Source: Alphaproteobacteria bacterium | GTDB taxonomy: Bacteria; Pseudomonadota; Alphaproteobacteria; Bin95 | NCBI GenBank assembly: GCA_963665325.3 | Contig: CAXXWS020000002.1 | Span: 1,024,001 to 1,088,000 of the forward strand | DNA length: 64,000 bases | Direction of reading: 5' to 3' | Shown here: piece by piece, positions 44,928-56,271 of the stretch | Numbering within the stretch: the first letter of the stretch is position 1 | How the letters are laid out: every line of letters begins with the position of its first letter | Position numbers and translations under genes: made by a program | The notes under the pieces: model-generated | What the model was told of the DNA's origin: nothing | Databases searched by the model: none | What the model saw: the letters and a program-made list of their open reading frames with translations, nothing else

Positions 44928-45065
44928 TCGGGCGTTCCACCGAAATTCCGTGCTGGAGGAGGGCGCCGGAGAGGGAAGCACGAATCGGATCGCCCGGCCA
45001 CAAGGCCGCGAGGCCGAACCGCATTGGATTGACCCGGCCGGCGCATCGTGTTTCCTTGCCGCATC

Positions 45066-45389
45066 ATGTCTACACGCGGCGAAGTGCAACGATTGTTGAG
45101 GCTGGCGGTGGGGCCGGTGGCGGCTGCGTGTGTTGCGTTTTACTTCGGTTATCATGCCCTGGTGGGAGAACGCGGTGCGCTATCGCTGATCGAGACCGAG
45201 CGCCGCATCACCGAGGTGCAGGCCCAGCACGATGTGCTGAGCGCGCATCGCCAGCGGCTTGAATTGCGCGCCGCCCAGCTTAAGCAGGACCCGGCCGATG
45301 CCGACCTGCTCGACGAGTATGTCCGCGCCCTGCTGCATGTCGGGCGGCCGGACGAGATCGTCATTCTGCTGGATGCGGACGCAGGGTAA
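45066..45389 (+). CDS. ftsB: Septum formation initiator (FtsB/DivIC family)
   Basis: YFGYHALVGERG, coiled coil, DLLDEYVR..L..GRPDE. Confidence 0.85.
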   Translation: MSTRGEVQRLLRLAVGPVAAACVAFYFGYHALVGERGALSLIETERRITEVQAQHDVLSAHRQRLELRAAQLKQDPADADLLDEYVRALLHVGRPDEIVILLDADAG

Positions 45390-45418
45390 ACGGGTTCCCA
45401 GGAACACGGAGGCCGGAC

Positions 45419-46456
45419 ATGAGCAGGCAGTCCTCGAAGAAGCGGGGCGGCGCGTCCGCGAAGGGGAACGGACGTGCCGCGGCAAACGGCGCCGTTCCCG
45501 ACTCCGACCGGTTGCTGCGCTGGTACCGGGACATGCTGCTGATCCGCCGCTTTGAGGAGCGGGCGGGTCAGATGTACGGCATGGGCCTGATCGGCGGGTT
45601 CTGCCACCTCTATATCGGCCAGGAGGCGGTGGTCGTCGGTATCCAGGCCTGCCTCGGCGAACGGGACTCTGTGGTCACCGGCTACCGGGATCACGGCCAC
45701 ATGCTGGCGGCGGGCATGGATGCGCGTGGCGTCATGGCGGAACTCACGGGCCGCGAGGGCGGCTATTCGCGCGGCAAGGGCGGCTCCATGCACATGTTCT
45801 CGCGGGAGAAGAACTTCTTCGGCGGACACGGCATCGTCGCGGCACAGGTGCCCCTTGGCGTCGGTCTGGGCTTCTCGCACCGCTACAAGGGCGAGGACGG
45901 CGTGTCGGTCGTCTATTTCGGCGACGGGGCGGCGAACCAGGGACAGGTCTATGAGTCGCTGAACCTTGCGGCGCTGTGGGAACTGCCGGTGCTGTTTGTC
46001 ATCGAGAACAACAAATACGGGATGGGCACTTCGGTATCTCGCGCCGCGGCCGGCTCCGGCCTCCATGCGCGCGGCGGCGGCTTCGGGATACCCGGCAGGC
46101 TTGTGGACGGCATGGACGTCCGCGCCGTGTACGAGGCGGCAGGCGAGGCGGTGGCCGAGGCGCGCGGCGGCAAGCCGGCCATTCTGGAGATGGAGACCTA
46201 TCGCTATCGCGGGCATTCCATGTCCGATCCAGCGAAATACCGCACGCGCGAAGAGGTGAACCGGATGCGCCGCGACCGCGACCCCATCGAGCGGCTGCGG
46301 CATGTGCTGGAGAGCGAAGGCCATGCCGACGCCGACGCGCTGAAGGCAATCGACGGCGAGATCAGGGAAATTGTCGCCGACGCCGCGCAATTCGCCGAGC
46401 AGAGCCCCGAGCCGGACCCCTCGGAACTCTATACAGACGTCCTTCTGGAGGCGTGA
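45419..46456 (+). CDS. pdhA: Pyruvate dehydrogenase E1 alpha
   Basis: [33 protein letters not shown]. Confidence 0.97.
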   Translation: MSRQSSKKRGGASAKGNGRAAANGAVPDSDRLLRWYRDMLLIRRFEERAGQMYGMGLIGGFCHLYIGQEAVVVGIQACLGERDSVVTGYRDHGHMLAAGMDARGVMAELTGREGGYSRGKGGSMHMFSREKNFFGGHGIVAAQVPLGVGLGFSHRYKGEDGVSVVYFGDGAANQGQVYESLNLAALWELPVLFVIENNKYGMGTSVSRAAAGSGLHARGGGFGIPGRLVDGMDVRAVYEAAGEAVAEARGGKPAILEMETYRYRGHSMSDPAKYRTREEVNRMRRDRDPIERLRHVLESEGHADADALKAIDGEIREIVADAAQFAEQSPEPDPSELYTDVLLEA

Positions 46457-46460
46457 CGCG

Positions 46461-47816
46461 ATGCCAGTCGCCGTAACCATGCCGGCATTGTCGCCGACCA
46501 TGACGGAAGGGACGCTTGCCAAGTGGCTCGTCGCCGAGGGCGACCGGGTCAGCCCGGGCGATGTGATCGCCGAGATCGAGACCGACAAGGCGACCATGGA
46601 AGTCGAGGCGGTAGATGAAGGAGTCGTCGCAAGCCTCGTCGTCCCCGAAGGCACCGAAGGCATTGAGGTGAATTCCACGATCCTGTGGCTGAATGCGGAG
46701 GGCGAAAGCGCGGGAGCCGTGCCGGTTGCAGAGACGCCCCGCCCGATTGCAAAGGCGCCTCCTCCGGCTCCGGCTGAGCCGAGGCGGGAAGCGTCGAAAC
46801 CGGAGCCCGCGCCTGAGCTGGATTACCGGGGCGAGACGGCCGAGATCACCGTTCGCGAGGCGCTCCGGGACGCCATGGCAGAGGAGATGCGCCGCGACGA
46901 GACGGTGTTCGTCATGGGCGAGGAAGTCGCGGAATATGAAGGCGCCTACAAGGTCACGCAGGGCTTGCTCGCCGAGTTCGGGCCCCGGCGCGTCCGCGAT
47001 ACCCCCATCACCGAACACGGCTTCGCCGGGCTGGGTGTTGGGGCGGCTTTCGGCGGCCTGCGCCCCGTGGTCGAATTCATGACCTTCAACTTTGCGATGC
47101 AGGCCGTCGACCAGATCGTCAACTCTGCCGCCAAGACGCTCTACATGTCCGGCGGCCAGATGGGCTGCCCGATCGTGTTCCGGGGGCCGAACGGAGCGGC
47201 GGCGCGTGTCGCAGCGCAGCATTCGCAATGCTATGCCAGCTGGTACGCGCATATACCGGGTCTGGTGGTGGTGTCGCCGTTTTCCGCGGCGGATGCGAAA
47301 GGCCTGCTCAAGACGGCGATCCGGAACCCGAATCCGGTCATCTTCCTCGAGAACGAGATTCTTTACGGCCAACGCGGCGCGGTGCCGACCGACCCGGACT
47401 ACACCGTGCCCATCGGACGCGCAAAGGTGCTGCGCCCCGGCCGGGATGTCACCATCGTGGCCTTCTCGCGGATGTGCGCCGTCGCCTTGGAAGCGGCGGA
47501 CGTGCTGGCCGGAGAGGGCATCGACGCCGAGGTTGTCGACCTTCGCACGCTGCGCCCGCTGGACCGGGAGACGATCGCGTCCTCGATCCGCAAAACGAAC
47601 CGCATCGTTTCCGTGGAGGAGGGCTGGCCCGTCGCCGGCATCGGTTCGGAGATTGCGGCGATTGCCATGGAGGACGCATTCGACTGGCTGGACGCTCCCG
47701 TGGCGCGGGTTGCCGGGGAGGATGTGCCGATGCCCTATGCCGCAAATCTCGAAGCGCTGGCCCTGCCGGATGCGGCCCGCATCGCCGCCGCGGCACGCGC
47801 CGTCTGCTACGCCTGA
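46461..47816 (+). CDS. pdhB: Pyruvate dehydrogenase E1 beta with N-terminal lipoyl domain
   Basis: ETDKA lipoyl motif, [19 protein letters not shown]. Confidence 0.97.
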   Translation: MPVAVTMPALSPTMTEGTLAKWLVAEGDRVSPGDVIAEIETDKATMEVEAVDEGVVASLVVPEGTEGIEVNSTILWLNAEGESAGAVPVAETPRPIAKAPPPAPAEPRREASKPEPAPELDYRGETAEITVREALRDAMAEEMRRDETVFVMGEEVAEYEGAYKVTQGLLAEFGPRRVRDTPITEHGFAGLGVGAAFGGLRPVVEFMTFNFAMQAVDQIVNSAAKTLYMSGGQMGCPIVFRGPNGAAARVAAQHSQCYASWYAHIPGLVVVSPFSAADAKGLLKTAIRNPNPVIFLENEILYGQRGAVPTDPDYTVPIGRAKVLRPGRDVTIVAFSRMCAVALEAADVLAGEGIDAEVVDLRTLRPLDRETIASSIRKTNRIVSVEEGWPVAGIGSEIAAIAMEDAFDWLDAPVARVAGEDVPMPYAANLEALALPDAARIAAAARAVCYA

Positions 47817-47830
47817 AGGGAACGCCCGGG

Positions 47831-49195
47831 ATGGCGACCGAGATCCTGATGCCGGCCCTGTCGCCGACGATGACGGAAGGCAATCTCGTCAAATGGCTGG
47901 TAGGCCAAGGCGACAAGGTGGAGCCCGGCGACGTGATCGCCGAGATCGAGACGGACAAGGCGACGATGGAGGTCGAGGCGGTCGACGAGGGAATCGTCGG
48001 CCGCATCGTGGTGCCAGAGGGCAGCGAGGGCGTTGCCGTCAATGCGGTGATCGCGGTTCTCGTGGAAGATGGCGAGGAGTTAGGCGAGACGCCGGTCGAA
48101 GCTCCGGCCGCACCGGTTGTCCCGCCGCCCGACGCGGAGCCGGCTGCGGCGCCGCCGGATCGGGAGGCAAAGGCGACGCCGCTCGCCCGCCGCATGGCCG
48201 CTCTCGCCGGCATCGACCTCGCGACGCTCACCGGCAGCGGCGCGCATGGCCGGATCACGCGCGACGATGTGCGCCGCGCATCGGGTCGGGTGGCTCCCGC
48301 CGAGGTCGATGAGGGGCGCGGGCGCATTTTCGCCAGCCCGCTGGCGCGGCGGATGGCAGGTGAGGCCGAGCTGCCGCTGGAAGGGGTTGCCGGCAGCGGT
48401 CCCGAGGGCCGGATCGTCAAGCGGGATATCGAGCGCGAACTGCGGCAGGGCGCGCTCCCGGCCCAGCCGCCGGCGACGCCCGTGGAACTGGAGCAACTGC
48501 CCGGTCTGCCGCCTTTCGAGCGCATCAAGCACACGAACATGCGCAAGGTCATCGCGCGCCGGTTAACCGAGTCCAAGCAGACGGTCCCGCACTTCTATCT
48601 CTCGCTGGATTGCGAGATCGACGCGCTGCTGGAAGCGCGGCGGGAGATCAATGCCCGGGCGCCGGAAGGCGTCAAGGTCTCGGTCAACGATTTCGTTATC
48701 AAGGCGCTCGCCACTGCGCTTTGCCGCGTGCCGGACGCCAATGCCGCGTGGACCGAGGACGGCCTGCTCAAATTCCAGCAGGTCGATGTCTCGGTGGCCG
48801 TCGCCGTGCCGAACGGGTTGGTAACGCCGGTCGTGCGCCAGGCGGAGTCGAAGGGACTCGCGGCAATTTCCACCGAGATGGCGGACTTCGCTGCCCGCGC
48901 GCGGGACGGAAAGCTGTTGCCCGAGGAATATCAGGGCGGCACGACCAGCATCTCCAATCTCGGCATGTTCGGAATCCGCCAGTTCGACGCGGTCATCAAC
49001 CCGCCGCAGGGGACAATCCTGGCGGTCGGTGCGGGAGAACAGCGCCCGGTCGTAAAGGACGGCTCGCTGACGGTCGCGACGGTGATGACCTGCACGCTTT
49101 CCTGCGACCACCGTGCGGTGGACGGCGCGCTCGGCGCCCGTCTGCTCGGCCAGTTCAAGGCGCTGGTCGAATGTCCGGCAGCGATGCTGCTGTAG
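47831..49195 (+). CDS. pdhC: Pyruvate dehydrogenase E2 dihydrolipoamide acetyltransferase
   Basis: ETDKA, two PSBD repeats, DHRAVDGA. Confidence 0.96.
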   Translation: MATEILMPALSPTMTEGNLVKWLVGQGDKVEPGDVIAEIETDKATMEVEAVDEGIVGRIVVPEGSEGVAVNAVIAVLVEDGEELGETPVEAPAAPVVPPPDAEPAAAPPDREAKATPLARRMAALAGIDLATLTGSGAHGRITRDDVRRASGRVAPAEVDEGRGRIFASPLARRMAGEAELPLEGVAGSGPEGRIVKRDIERELRQGALPAQPPATPVELEQLPGLPPFERIKHTNMRKVIARRLTESKQTVPHFYLSLDCEIDALLEARREINARAPEGVKVSVNDFVIKALATALCRVPDANAAWTEDGLLKFQQVDVSVAVAVPNGLVTPVVRQAESKGLAAISTEMADFAARARDGKLLPEEYQGGTTSISNLGMFGIRQFDAVINPPQGTILAVGAGEQRPVVKDGSLTVATVMTCTLSCDHRAVDGALGARLLGQFKALVECPAAMLL

Positions 49196-49213
49196 CCTGC
49201 CCGGAGTAAGGCA

Positions 49214-50605
49214 ATGGCCGACAGACAATTCGATCTCGTCGTCGTGGGCGGCGGACCGGGCGGCTATGTCGCGGCAATTAGAGCCGCACAGCTCGGCATG
49301 AAGGCGGCGCTGGTCGAACGAGAGCATCTTGGCGGCATCTGCCTCAACTGGGGCTGCATCCCGACCAAGGCACTGCTGCGCACGTCGGAGATCAACCATC
49401 TGCTGGCAAATCTGGGCGACTACGGGTTCAACGTCGGGGAGGTCGCATTCGACCTTGGACGGATCGTCAAGCGGTCGCGGCAGGTGGCGGGCCAATTGTC
49501 GCGCGGCGTGGCGCATTTGCTCAGGAAGAACAAGGTAACTGTGATCGATGGAGCCGGCAGCCTCGCGGGACAAGGCCGCATATCGGTAAACCGGGAAGAC
49601 GGGGGAGCGGAAACGCTTTCGGCGCCCCATATCATTCTCGCAACCGGCGCCCGCGCCCGTTCGCTGCCGGATCTGGAGCCGGACGGCAAGACAATCTGGA
49701 GCTATAAGGAAGCGATGGTCCCCGAGGAAATGCCGAAGAGCCTGCTGGTCATCGGTTCCGGCGCCATCGGCATCGAGTTTGCGAGCTTCTACAACGATCT
49801 GGGCGTGCCAGTGACGGTCGTCGAGCTTCTGGACCGTATCCTTCCTGCGGAGGATTCCGAGATCTCCGAGTTCGCGCTCAAGGCGTTCCGCAAGCAGGGG
49901 ATGACCCTGATGACCGGCGCCCGGGCGACCGAGGTGTCGGGCGGGAAGGCAAAAGTTCTCACGGCGGACGGCGAGACGGTGACGGTGGACGCCGAGAGGA
50001 CGATCCTGGCGGTAGGCATAACGGGCAATGTCGAGGATTTGGGTCTGGAAGGCACGGGCGTTCAGGTGGAGGCCGGTCACGTCGTCGTCGATGAATGGCT
50101 GCGGACGGGCGAGCCGGGCGTCTATGCCATCGGCGACCTCGTCGGACCGCCCTGGCTCGCACACAAGGCCAGCCACGAAGGCGTTCTCTGCGTCGAGAAG
50201 ATCGCGGGGTTGGACGGGCTGCACCCGCTCGACCGGGGCGCGATACCTGGTTGCACCTATTGCCGCCCTCAGGTGGCCAGCATCGGCTATACTGAGGCAG
50301 CTGCGAAGGAGGCCGGTTACGAGGTTCGCGTCGGGCGGTTCCCCTATGTCGGCAACGGCAAGGCGATTGCGCTCGGCGAGTACGAGGGACTCATCAAGAC
50401 CGTATTCGACGCAGTGACGGGCGAGTTGCTGGGAGCGCACATGATCGGCGCCGAGGTGACGGAGCTCATCCAGGGATATGCCATCGCCCGCAACCTGGAG
50501 GCGACGGAAGTCGAACTGATGCATACCGTCTTTCCGCATCCGACCCTCTCCGAGGCGATGCACGAATCGGTGCTGGACGCTTATGGACGCGCAATCCACT
50601 ACTGA
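49214..50605 (+). CDS. lpdA: Dihydrolipoyl dehydrogenase
   Basis: [26 protein letters not shown]. Confidence 0.97.
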   Translation: MADRQFDLVVVGGGPGGYVAAIRAAQLGMKAALVEREHLGGICLNWGCIPTKALLRTSEINHLLANLGDYGFNVGEVAFDLGRIVKRSRQVAGQLSRGVAHLLRKNKVTVIDGAGSLAGQGRISVNREDGGAETLSAPHIILATGARARSLPDLEPDGKTIWSYKEAMVPEEMPKSLLVIGSGAIGIEFASFYNDLGVPVTVVELLDRILPAEDSEISEFALKAFRKQGMTLMTGARATEVSGGKAKVLTADGETVTVDAERTILAVGITGNVEDLGLEGTGVQVEAGHVVVDEWLRTGEPGVYAIGDLVGPPWLAHKASHEGVLCVEKIAGLDGLHPLDRGAIPGCTYCRPQVASIGYTEAAAKEAGYEVRVGRFPYVGNGKAIALGEYEGLIKTVFDAVTGELLGAHMIGAEVTELIQGYAIARNLEATEVELMHTVFPHPTLSEAMHESVLDAYGRAIHY

Positions 50606-51554
50606 ACCCGTGACCGTGCGGGCAAAGGCTGACGGCCCGCAGCGCCCCTTCCGGCATCCCGAGAAGCGGCTGCGCCCGGACAGTCCGAGCCCGCGCAAGC
50701 CGGCATGGATCCGCGTCAAGGCGCCGACCTCGAAGGCCTATGCCGAAACGCGCCGGATCGTTCGCGAGCACGGGCTCACGACCGTGTGCGAGGAAGCCGG
50801 CTGCCCGAATATCGGCGAGTGCTGGGCGCAACGCCACGCAACCATGATGATCATGGGCGAGATCTGCACCCGCGCCTGCACCTTCTGCAATGTCGCAACG
50901 GGCAGGCCGGGTGCGCTCGATGCCGCCGAGCCGGAGAATGTCGGCAAGGCCGTGGCGAAGCTGGGCCTGGCGCATGTGGTCATCACCTCGGTGGACCGCG
51001 ACGACCTCGACGATGGCGGCGCGGCGCACTTCGCGGAGACCGTCGGGTGGATTCGCAGCTATGCGCCCGGCACGACGGTGGAACTGCTCACGCCCGATTT
51101 CCTCCGGAAGGCGGGCGCGTTGGAGACCGTGATCGCCGCGAAGCCGGACGTGCTCAACCACAACCTGGAAACCGTGCCGGGCCTCTACAGCGCCGTCAGG
51201 CCGGGCGCGCGCTACTACCACAGCGTCCGGCTGCTGGAGCGCGCCAAGGAACTGGACCCGTCGGTCTTCACCAAGTCCGGGATCATGGTGGGCCTGGGTG
51301 AGAACCGCGCGCAGGTCGCGCAGGTGATGGACGATCTGCGCTGCGCCGATGTCGATTTCCTCACTATCGGCCAGTATCTCCAGCCGACGCCGAAGCATCA
51401 TCCGATTGACCGTTTCGTGACGCCGGAGGAGTTCGAGGCCTATGCAACCCTGGCCAAGGCCAAGGGGTTCCTGCTGGTTTCCGCCTCGCCGCTCACACGA
51501 TCCTCCTACCACGCCGACAGCGATTTCGCGAAGCTGAAGGCCGCGCGCGGCTGA
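50583..51554 (+). CDS. lipA: Lipoyl synthase (start uncertain)
   Basis: [26 protein letters not shown]. Confidence 0.96.
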   Translation: MDAQSTTEPVTVRAKADGPQRPFRHPEKRLRPDSPSPRKPAWIRVKAPTSKAYAETRRIVREHGLTTVCEEAGCPNIGECWAQRHATMMIMGEICTRACTFCNVATGRPGALDAAEPENVGKAVAKLGLAHVVITSVDRDDLDDGGAAHFAETVGWIRSYAPGTTVELLTPDFLRKAGALETVIAAKPDVLNHNLETVPGLYSAVRPGARYYHSVRLLERAKELDPSVFTKSGIMVGLGENRAQVAQVMDDLRCADVDFLTIGQYLQPTPKHHPIDRFVTPEEFEAYATLAKAKGFLLVSASPLTRSSYHADSDFAKLKAARG

Positions 51555-52000
51555 TGCCGAGCCACCGCGAGCAGCGGTTCGTACCCTATTCGCGGGATGA
51601 AATGTTTGCCCTGGTTGCGGACATCGAGCGCTATCCCGAGTTTATTCCCTGGTGCGCCGGGGCGCGCATCCGCCGGCGGGAGGCGGGAGCTGTCGTCGCA
51701 GACCTTCGGGTGCGGTTCGGGCCCTTTCGCGAGAGCTTCACCTCCCGCGTGGCGTTGACACCGCCGGAGCGCATCGACGTTGCCTACACGCACGGGCCCC
51801 TTTCGCACATGGCGACGCATTGGCGCTTCATGCCCGCCGATGGCGGGACGACGATAGACTTCAGCATCGACTGCGACTTCCGCTCGGCGCTCCTGCGGGG
51901 GCTGGCAAGCCGTTTCTTCCATGAGGCCGCAAAACGGATGGTGGTCGCATTCGAGGCGCGCGCGAACAAGCTCTACGGTGCCGGCCGGTTGTCCGCTTAG
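51554..52000 (+). CDS. ratA: RatA/Coq10 START-domain protein
   Basis: LVADIERYPEFIPWC, ESFTSRV, MVVAFEARA; usual position after lipA. Confidence 0.9.
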   Translation: MPSHREQRFVPYSRDEMFALVADIERYPEFIPWCAGARIRRREAGAVVADLRVRFGPFRESFTSRVALTPPERIDVAYTHGPLSHMATHWRFMPADGGTTIDFSIDCDFRSALLRGLASRFFHEAAKRMVVAFEARANKLYGAGRLSA

Positions 52001-52264
52001 CCCGCATTTCTCACCAGGGTCACGGCCTGCGTCGCTGTCCAGGCGTTCGCTCCGCAAGGAACGGGCCGAAAAGCGTAGCGGTGCCTACGGTTGAGGCCCG
52101 TGACGCCGCGGGCGGACGCCTGGGCGCGACCCGAAGGGCGGCGCTGTCGGGCCGGCAGGGTGCGTCGAGCCGCTTGCCCGATGCCCCGCATCGCGCTGCG
52201 CGTCTCTCCTACCCTGCCGACCCGACAGCGCCGCGCAGACCATGACCCTGGTGAGAAATGCGGG
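52001..52264. mobile_element. 264-bp MITE with 22-bp perfect TIRs and TTAG target duplication
   Basis: CCCGCATTTCTCACCAGGGTCA at 52001-52022 and its reverse complement at 52243-52264; TTAG at 51997-52000 and 52265-52268. Confidence 0.85.
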
Positions 52265-53719
52265 TTAGGCGCTGGCGAGCAGCCGGTCGGCAAGCGCTTC
52301 GATCTCTTTTCTCAACGACAATTTATGCCGCCAGGATTCCGGAATGGAGCGAACGCCATAGTGTGCGCCGGCAATCTGGCCGTAGATCGCGCCGGTCGTG
52401 TCGGCATCGTCGCCGAGATTGACCGCGAGCAGTGCGCCGCTGCGGAAGTCCGTTGAGCGATGGAACGCCCAGAGCGCCGCCTCCAGCGACCGCACTGCGT
52501 AGCCTGAGCCAACGATCTCCGGCGGTTCGCGCCGCTCGAAGGAGCCGGCGGCGATCTCTACAATGGCGGGGCTCAATGCCATGCCGGCGTCGGCGCCGCG
52601 AAGTATCCGTTCTTTCGGCGCGCCGTCGAGCGCCCGGACAAGGAGCATCGCGAAGAAGCGGCAGGCATCGACCGCTTCTTCGGCGCCGTGAGTGGTGCGG
52701 GAACTGTCAGCGGCCCGTGCGGCAGCCAGGGCCGGGTCATCGGCAAGGAACATGGCCACCGGCGCAAGACGCATCAGGGAGCCGTTTCCGGCGCTGAACA
52801 TGTCGGTCGGTCCGGACAGGGGGTCACCCGTCCGCTCGAACGATTCCAGCGCTGCGACAGTTGTGTTGCCGATATCGAAGCATCGGCCCGTGGAGGAGAA
52901 ATAGCCGTCGCGATACCAGCGCAGATAACGTTTCATCTGGTCGCGCGCATCGAATTCGCCGCATTCCACTAGGCTCGTGGCAAGGCAAAGCGCCATCGAG
53001 GTGTCGTCCGTCCATTGGCCGGGTTGCAAGTGGAACGGGCCGCCGCCGGCCATGTCGTCGATGGGATCGAAAGTGCCTGGAGCGCGGAACTCCAGCGTCG
53101 TGCCGAGGGCGTCGCCCGCTGCGAGGCCCAGAAGGCAGCCCCGGAACCGCTCCTGCCGGGTCGGCAGCTTCGCCTTCGACGGCCGTTGGGGCCACGCTTG
53201 CATCATCCGGAATTGCGCCGATGTTTGGGGGCTGGCGCGCCTGCCGGACTCCCGGTCGCCGGCGCGGAGTTTCCGCAGAATTGTCTCGACATTTCCCGGG
53301 CTTGCATGCCCGTGCCGGATAAGCCAGCAGCCGACAACCACACCCGTGCGCCCGAGGCCAGCCCAGCAATGAACATAGATCCGCCGGCCGTCCTCAAGGC
53401 CCCTGTCGATCTCGCCCAGTATGCGTTCCATCAGCGGCTCGGTCGGGACGCTCATGTCCGCGACCGCAAATCGGCGAACGACGGCGGCGCGTTCGGAGGC
53501 GCGCCTGTCGTACCGGCTCAGATGCCGGTCCCCGCCGCCCGGATGATCCTCGGTGAGATTGATGAAGAGGTCGAAGCCCGCGTCGAGCAGCGGGCCGATC
53601 CTGTCGCAGTCCGGGCGGGGGTCAGGGTAGGCGCCGGCCGCGAGGCGTCCTTCGACGATCCAGTAGCTCCGCGACACCGGCCCCGGGGTGCCGTCCGCCG
53701 CCAATGCAATATCCACCAA
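52265..53719 (-). CDS. Fusion of a Cys-based (CX5R) phosphatase and an ADP-ribosylglycohydrolase (DraG/ARH)
   Basis: HCWAGLGRTG; GDALG, WTDDTSM, GNGSLMR, GDDADTTGA. Confidence 0.9.
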   Translation of the reverse strand: MVDIALAADGTPGPVSRSYWIVEGRLAAGAYPDPRPDCDRIGPLLDAGFDLFINLTEDHPGGGDRHLSRYDRRASERAAVVRRFAVADMSVPTEPLMERILGEIDRGLEDGRRIYVHCWAGLGRTGVVVGCWLIRHGHASPGNVETILRKLRAGDRESGRRASPQTSAQFRMMQAWPQRPSKAKLPTRQERFRGCLLGLAAGDALGTTLEFRAPGTFDPIDDMAGGGPFHLQPGQWTDDTSMALCLATSLVECGEFDARDQMKRYLRWYRDGYFSSTGRCFDIGNTTVAALESFERTGDPLSGPTDMFSAGNGSLMRLAPVAMFLADDPALAAARAADSSRTTHGAEEAVDACRFFAMLLVRALDGAPKERILRGADAGMALSPAIVEIAAGSFERREPPEIVGSGYAVRSLEAALWAFHRSTDFRSGALLAVNLGDDADTTGAIYGQIAGAHYGVRSIPESWRHKLSLRKEIEALADRLLASA

Positions 53720-53856
53720 CTCCCGTCTCCCAGAGACCGCAAGGCAGGGAAAGGGAAACCGGATTGTCGACCGAATGCAATGGCAACGGTTGCGGCCTTA
53801 CAGACGCCGCTTCATGCTGGCACGTACAGTTCTTTCGACAGGAGACGCGCAGGCGC

Positions 53857-54726
53857 ATGAAGATCGGTGTGGCATTCCCGACCACGGAAATTGGCTCGGA
53901 CCCGGCGGCTATCCGGGGATTCGCTCAGGAGGTCGAGGCGCTCGGTTACGACCACCTCACCTGCATCGACCATGTGATTCAGGAGGTCTCCAACAATGCT
54001 GAAGACTGGCGGGCCTATTACACGCTCGACAACATGTTCCACGAGCCGCTCACCCTGTTCGGCTTCCTTGCCTGCGCCACCGAAAGGATCGAGCTGGCAA
54101 CGGCGATCCTGATCCTTCCGCAGCGGCAGACGGCGCTGGTTGCCAAGCAGGCGGCCGAGATCGACCTCCTTTCCGGTGGCAGGCTGCGCCTTGGCGTCGG
54201 CATCGGGTGGAATGCGATGGAGTTCGGGGTGCTGGGCCAGTCCTTCCGCAACCGCGCACGGCGGATGGAGGAACAAATCGTCTATATGCGCCAGCTCTGG
54301 ACCGAGCCTTCCGGCAGTTTCTCCGGCGAATGGCATGAGCACCGGGACGCCGGCATCAATCCGCTGCCGCCGCAGCGCCCGATCCCGGTCTGGGTCGGGG
54401 CGTTCCAGGACCCGGCGATCGAACGCGCCGGACGCCTCGGCGACGGCTGGTTCGCCAATCCGCGCGTGCCGCCGGGCAACGAGATGGCTCGCCAGATCGG
54501 CCTGGCGCGGGGCGCGGCCGAAACGGCAGGGCGCGACCCTGCCGCCCTCGGCATCGACGGGACGATCCATATCGGCGAGCGGGCTCCCGAAGAAGCCGCG
54601 CAGGAACTGGAGCGCTGGCAGACGCTAGGCGTGAGCCATGTGACCGTGCGCACCATGTATTCCGGCTTCGAGACGGTAGCAGAGCATCTGGAGGCACTCA
54701 GGCGCTTCCGGAAAGCTCTGGACTGA
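53857..54726 (+). CDS. LLM-class (F420-dependent-type) oxidoreductase
   Basis: DHV, HEPLTLFGFLA, ILPQRQTALVAKQAAEIDLLSGGRLRLGVGIGWN. Confidence 0.88.
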   Translation: MKIGVAFPTTEIGSDPAAIRGFAQEVEALGYDHLTCIDHVIQEVSNNAEDWRAYYTLDNMFHEPLTLFGFLACATERIELATAILILPQRQTALVAKQAAEIDLLSGGRLRLGVGIGWNAMEFGVLGQSFRNRARRMEEQIVYMRQLWTEPSGSFSGEWHEHRDAGINPLPPQRPIPVWVGAFQDPAIERAGRLGDGWFANPRVPPGNEMARQIGLARGAAETAGRDPAALGIDGTIHIGERAPEEAAQELERWQTLGVSHVTVRTMYSGFETVAEHLEALRRFRKALD

Positions 54727-54738
54727 CTCCCTTCGAGC

Positions 54739-55395
54739 TTACTCCGCCGCCGCGACGCCGGCCGGGCAAGTGACGCCGGTGCCGCCAAGCCCGCAATATC
54801 CGTAAGGCACCTTCGCCAGATATTGCTGGTGGTAGTCCTCGGCATAGTAGAACGGCGGCGCCTCCACGATTTCCGTGGTGATCGCGCCGTAGCCGGCTTG
54901 TCTGAGTGCCCCCGCGAAACGCGCCTTGGACGCCTCCGCCACGCTGCGCTGCGCATCGGAATAGACATAGATGCCGGAGCGGTATTGCGTCCCGACATCG
55001 TTGCCCTGGCGCATCCCCTGAGTTGGATTGTGCGATTCCCAGAAAACTTTCAGCAGCGTGTCGTAGGACACCCGGGCCGGATCGAAGACGACCAGAACCA
55101 CCTCATTGTGTCCCGTACGGCCAGTGCAGACATCCTCATAGGTCGGGTTGGCCGTGTAGCCGCCCGCATATCCGACCGCAGTGGTCCATACACCCCCGGT
55201 CTCCCAGAATATGCGCTCGGCGCCCCAGAAGCAGCCAAGCCCGAACAACGCTCGCTCCATGCCTTCGCGGAAAGGCGGCGTCATCGGCTCCCCATTGACG
55301 AAATGCTGGGGCGGAACCGGCATGACGCGGTCACGGTCCGGCAGCGCCCGGTCCGGAGTTACCATCTGGACCTTCTTCATCAGGTTGAAAAACAT
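54739..55395 (-). CDS. msrA: Peptide-methionine (S)-S-oxide reductase
   Basis: [27 protein letters not shown]. Confidence 0.96.
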   Translation of the reverse strand: MFFNLMKKVQMVTPDRALPDRDRVMPVPPQHFVNGEPMTPPFREGMERALFGLGCFWGAERIFWETGGVWTTAVGYAGGYTANPTYEDVCTGRTGHNEVVLVVFDPARVSYDTLLKVFWESHNPTQGMRQGNDVGTQYRSGIYVYSDAQRSVAEASKARFAGALRQAGYGAITTEIVEAPPFYYAEDYHQQYLAKVPYGYCGLGGTGVTCPAGVAAAE

Positions 55396-55498
55396 CGCGG
55401 CAGCCTGTGTGCGGGTGGGACAATACCGCCAGTATAGCCGGTTGTCCCCGCGCCGCAGCGGATTATATTTCCGGCAACGCAGCTCGTCGGATCCGCCC

Positions 55499-56221
55499 AT
55501 GGAACTCGGCAAAGCCAGACGCCCGAAGCTCTTCCACGCGACCGCGCCGGGCGCCTGTCCCTATCTGCCCGAACAACTCGAATGCAAGCTCGTCATAGAG
55601 CTTTGCGATCCCGAAGCCGGATCGCTGTACACCGACCTCTCCCGCGCCGGCTTCCGACGCAGCTATGGATACGCATACCGCCCGGCCTGCAAGAGCTGCT
55701 CCGCCTGCGTGCCTGTTCGGATCAATGTTGCCGGTTACAGCGACAGCCGTTCGCTGCGCCGCGTTCGCCGGCGCAACGACGACCTCCGCGACACCATCCG
55801 CCCGGCGGTCGGCACGGCCGAGCAGTATTCGCTGTTCCGCCGGTACCAGTCGGGCCGGCACACCAGCAGCAAGATGGCCGCGATGACCTTCGCGGACTAT
55901 CGCGGCATGGTGGATGAGACGCCGGTATCGAGTTTCGTCCTGGAGGTGAGGGACGGCTCCGACCGCCTGCTGGCCGCCTGCCTCACAGACTGGCTGGAAG
56001 ACGGCCTTTCCGCCGTTTACAGCTTTTTCGATCCCGCCGAGCCCCGCCGCAGCCTTGGTACCTTCATGGTCTTGCGCCTGATCGATATTGCCCGTGCGGC
56101 GGAGCTGGACGTGGTCTATCTGGGTTACTGGATTTCGGGCAGCGGCACGATGGACTACAAACAGCGTTTCCCGGCAGTAGAACAGTTGATCGACGCCCAA
56201 TGGGCGCCGCTTGAACCGTAA
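55499..56221 (+). CDS. bpt: Arginyl/leucyl-tRNA-protein transferase (ATE/Bpt family)
   Basis: [35 protein letters not shown]. Confidence 0.9.
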   Translation: MELGKARRPKLFHATAPGACPYLPEQLECKLVIELCDPEAGSLYTDLSRAGFRRSYGYAYRPACKSCSACVPVRINVAGYSDSRSLRRVRRRNDDLRDTIRPAVGTAEQYSLFRRYQSGRHTSSKMAAMTFADYRGMVDETPVSSFVLEVRDGSDRLLAACLTDWLEDGLSAVYSFFDPAEPRRSLGTFMVLRLIDIARAAELDVVYLGYWISGSGTMDYKQRFPAVEQLIDAQWAPLEP

Positions 56222-56271
56222 CCGCTCCTGCAATCCCCGGCCGGCTGCCGGCCCGTGAAGAGAGGCTCGCC

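Noticed and set aside
51554-52000. RatA as a toxin-antitoxin locus
   Set aside because: Conserved Coq10-like housekeeping gene after lipA in Alphaproteobacteria
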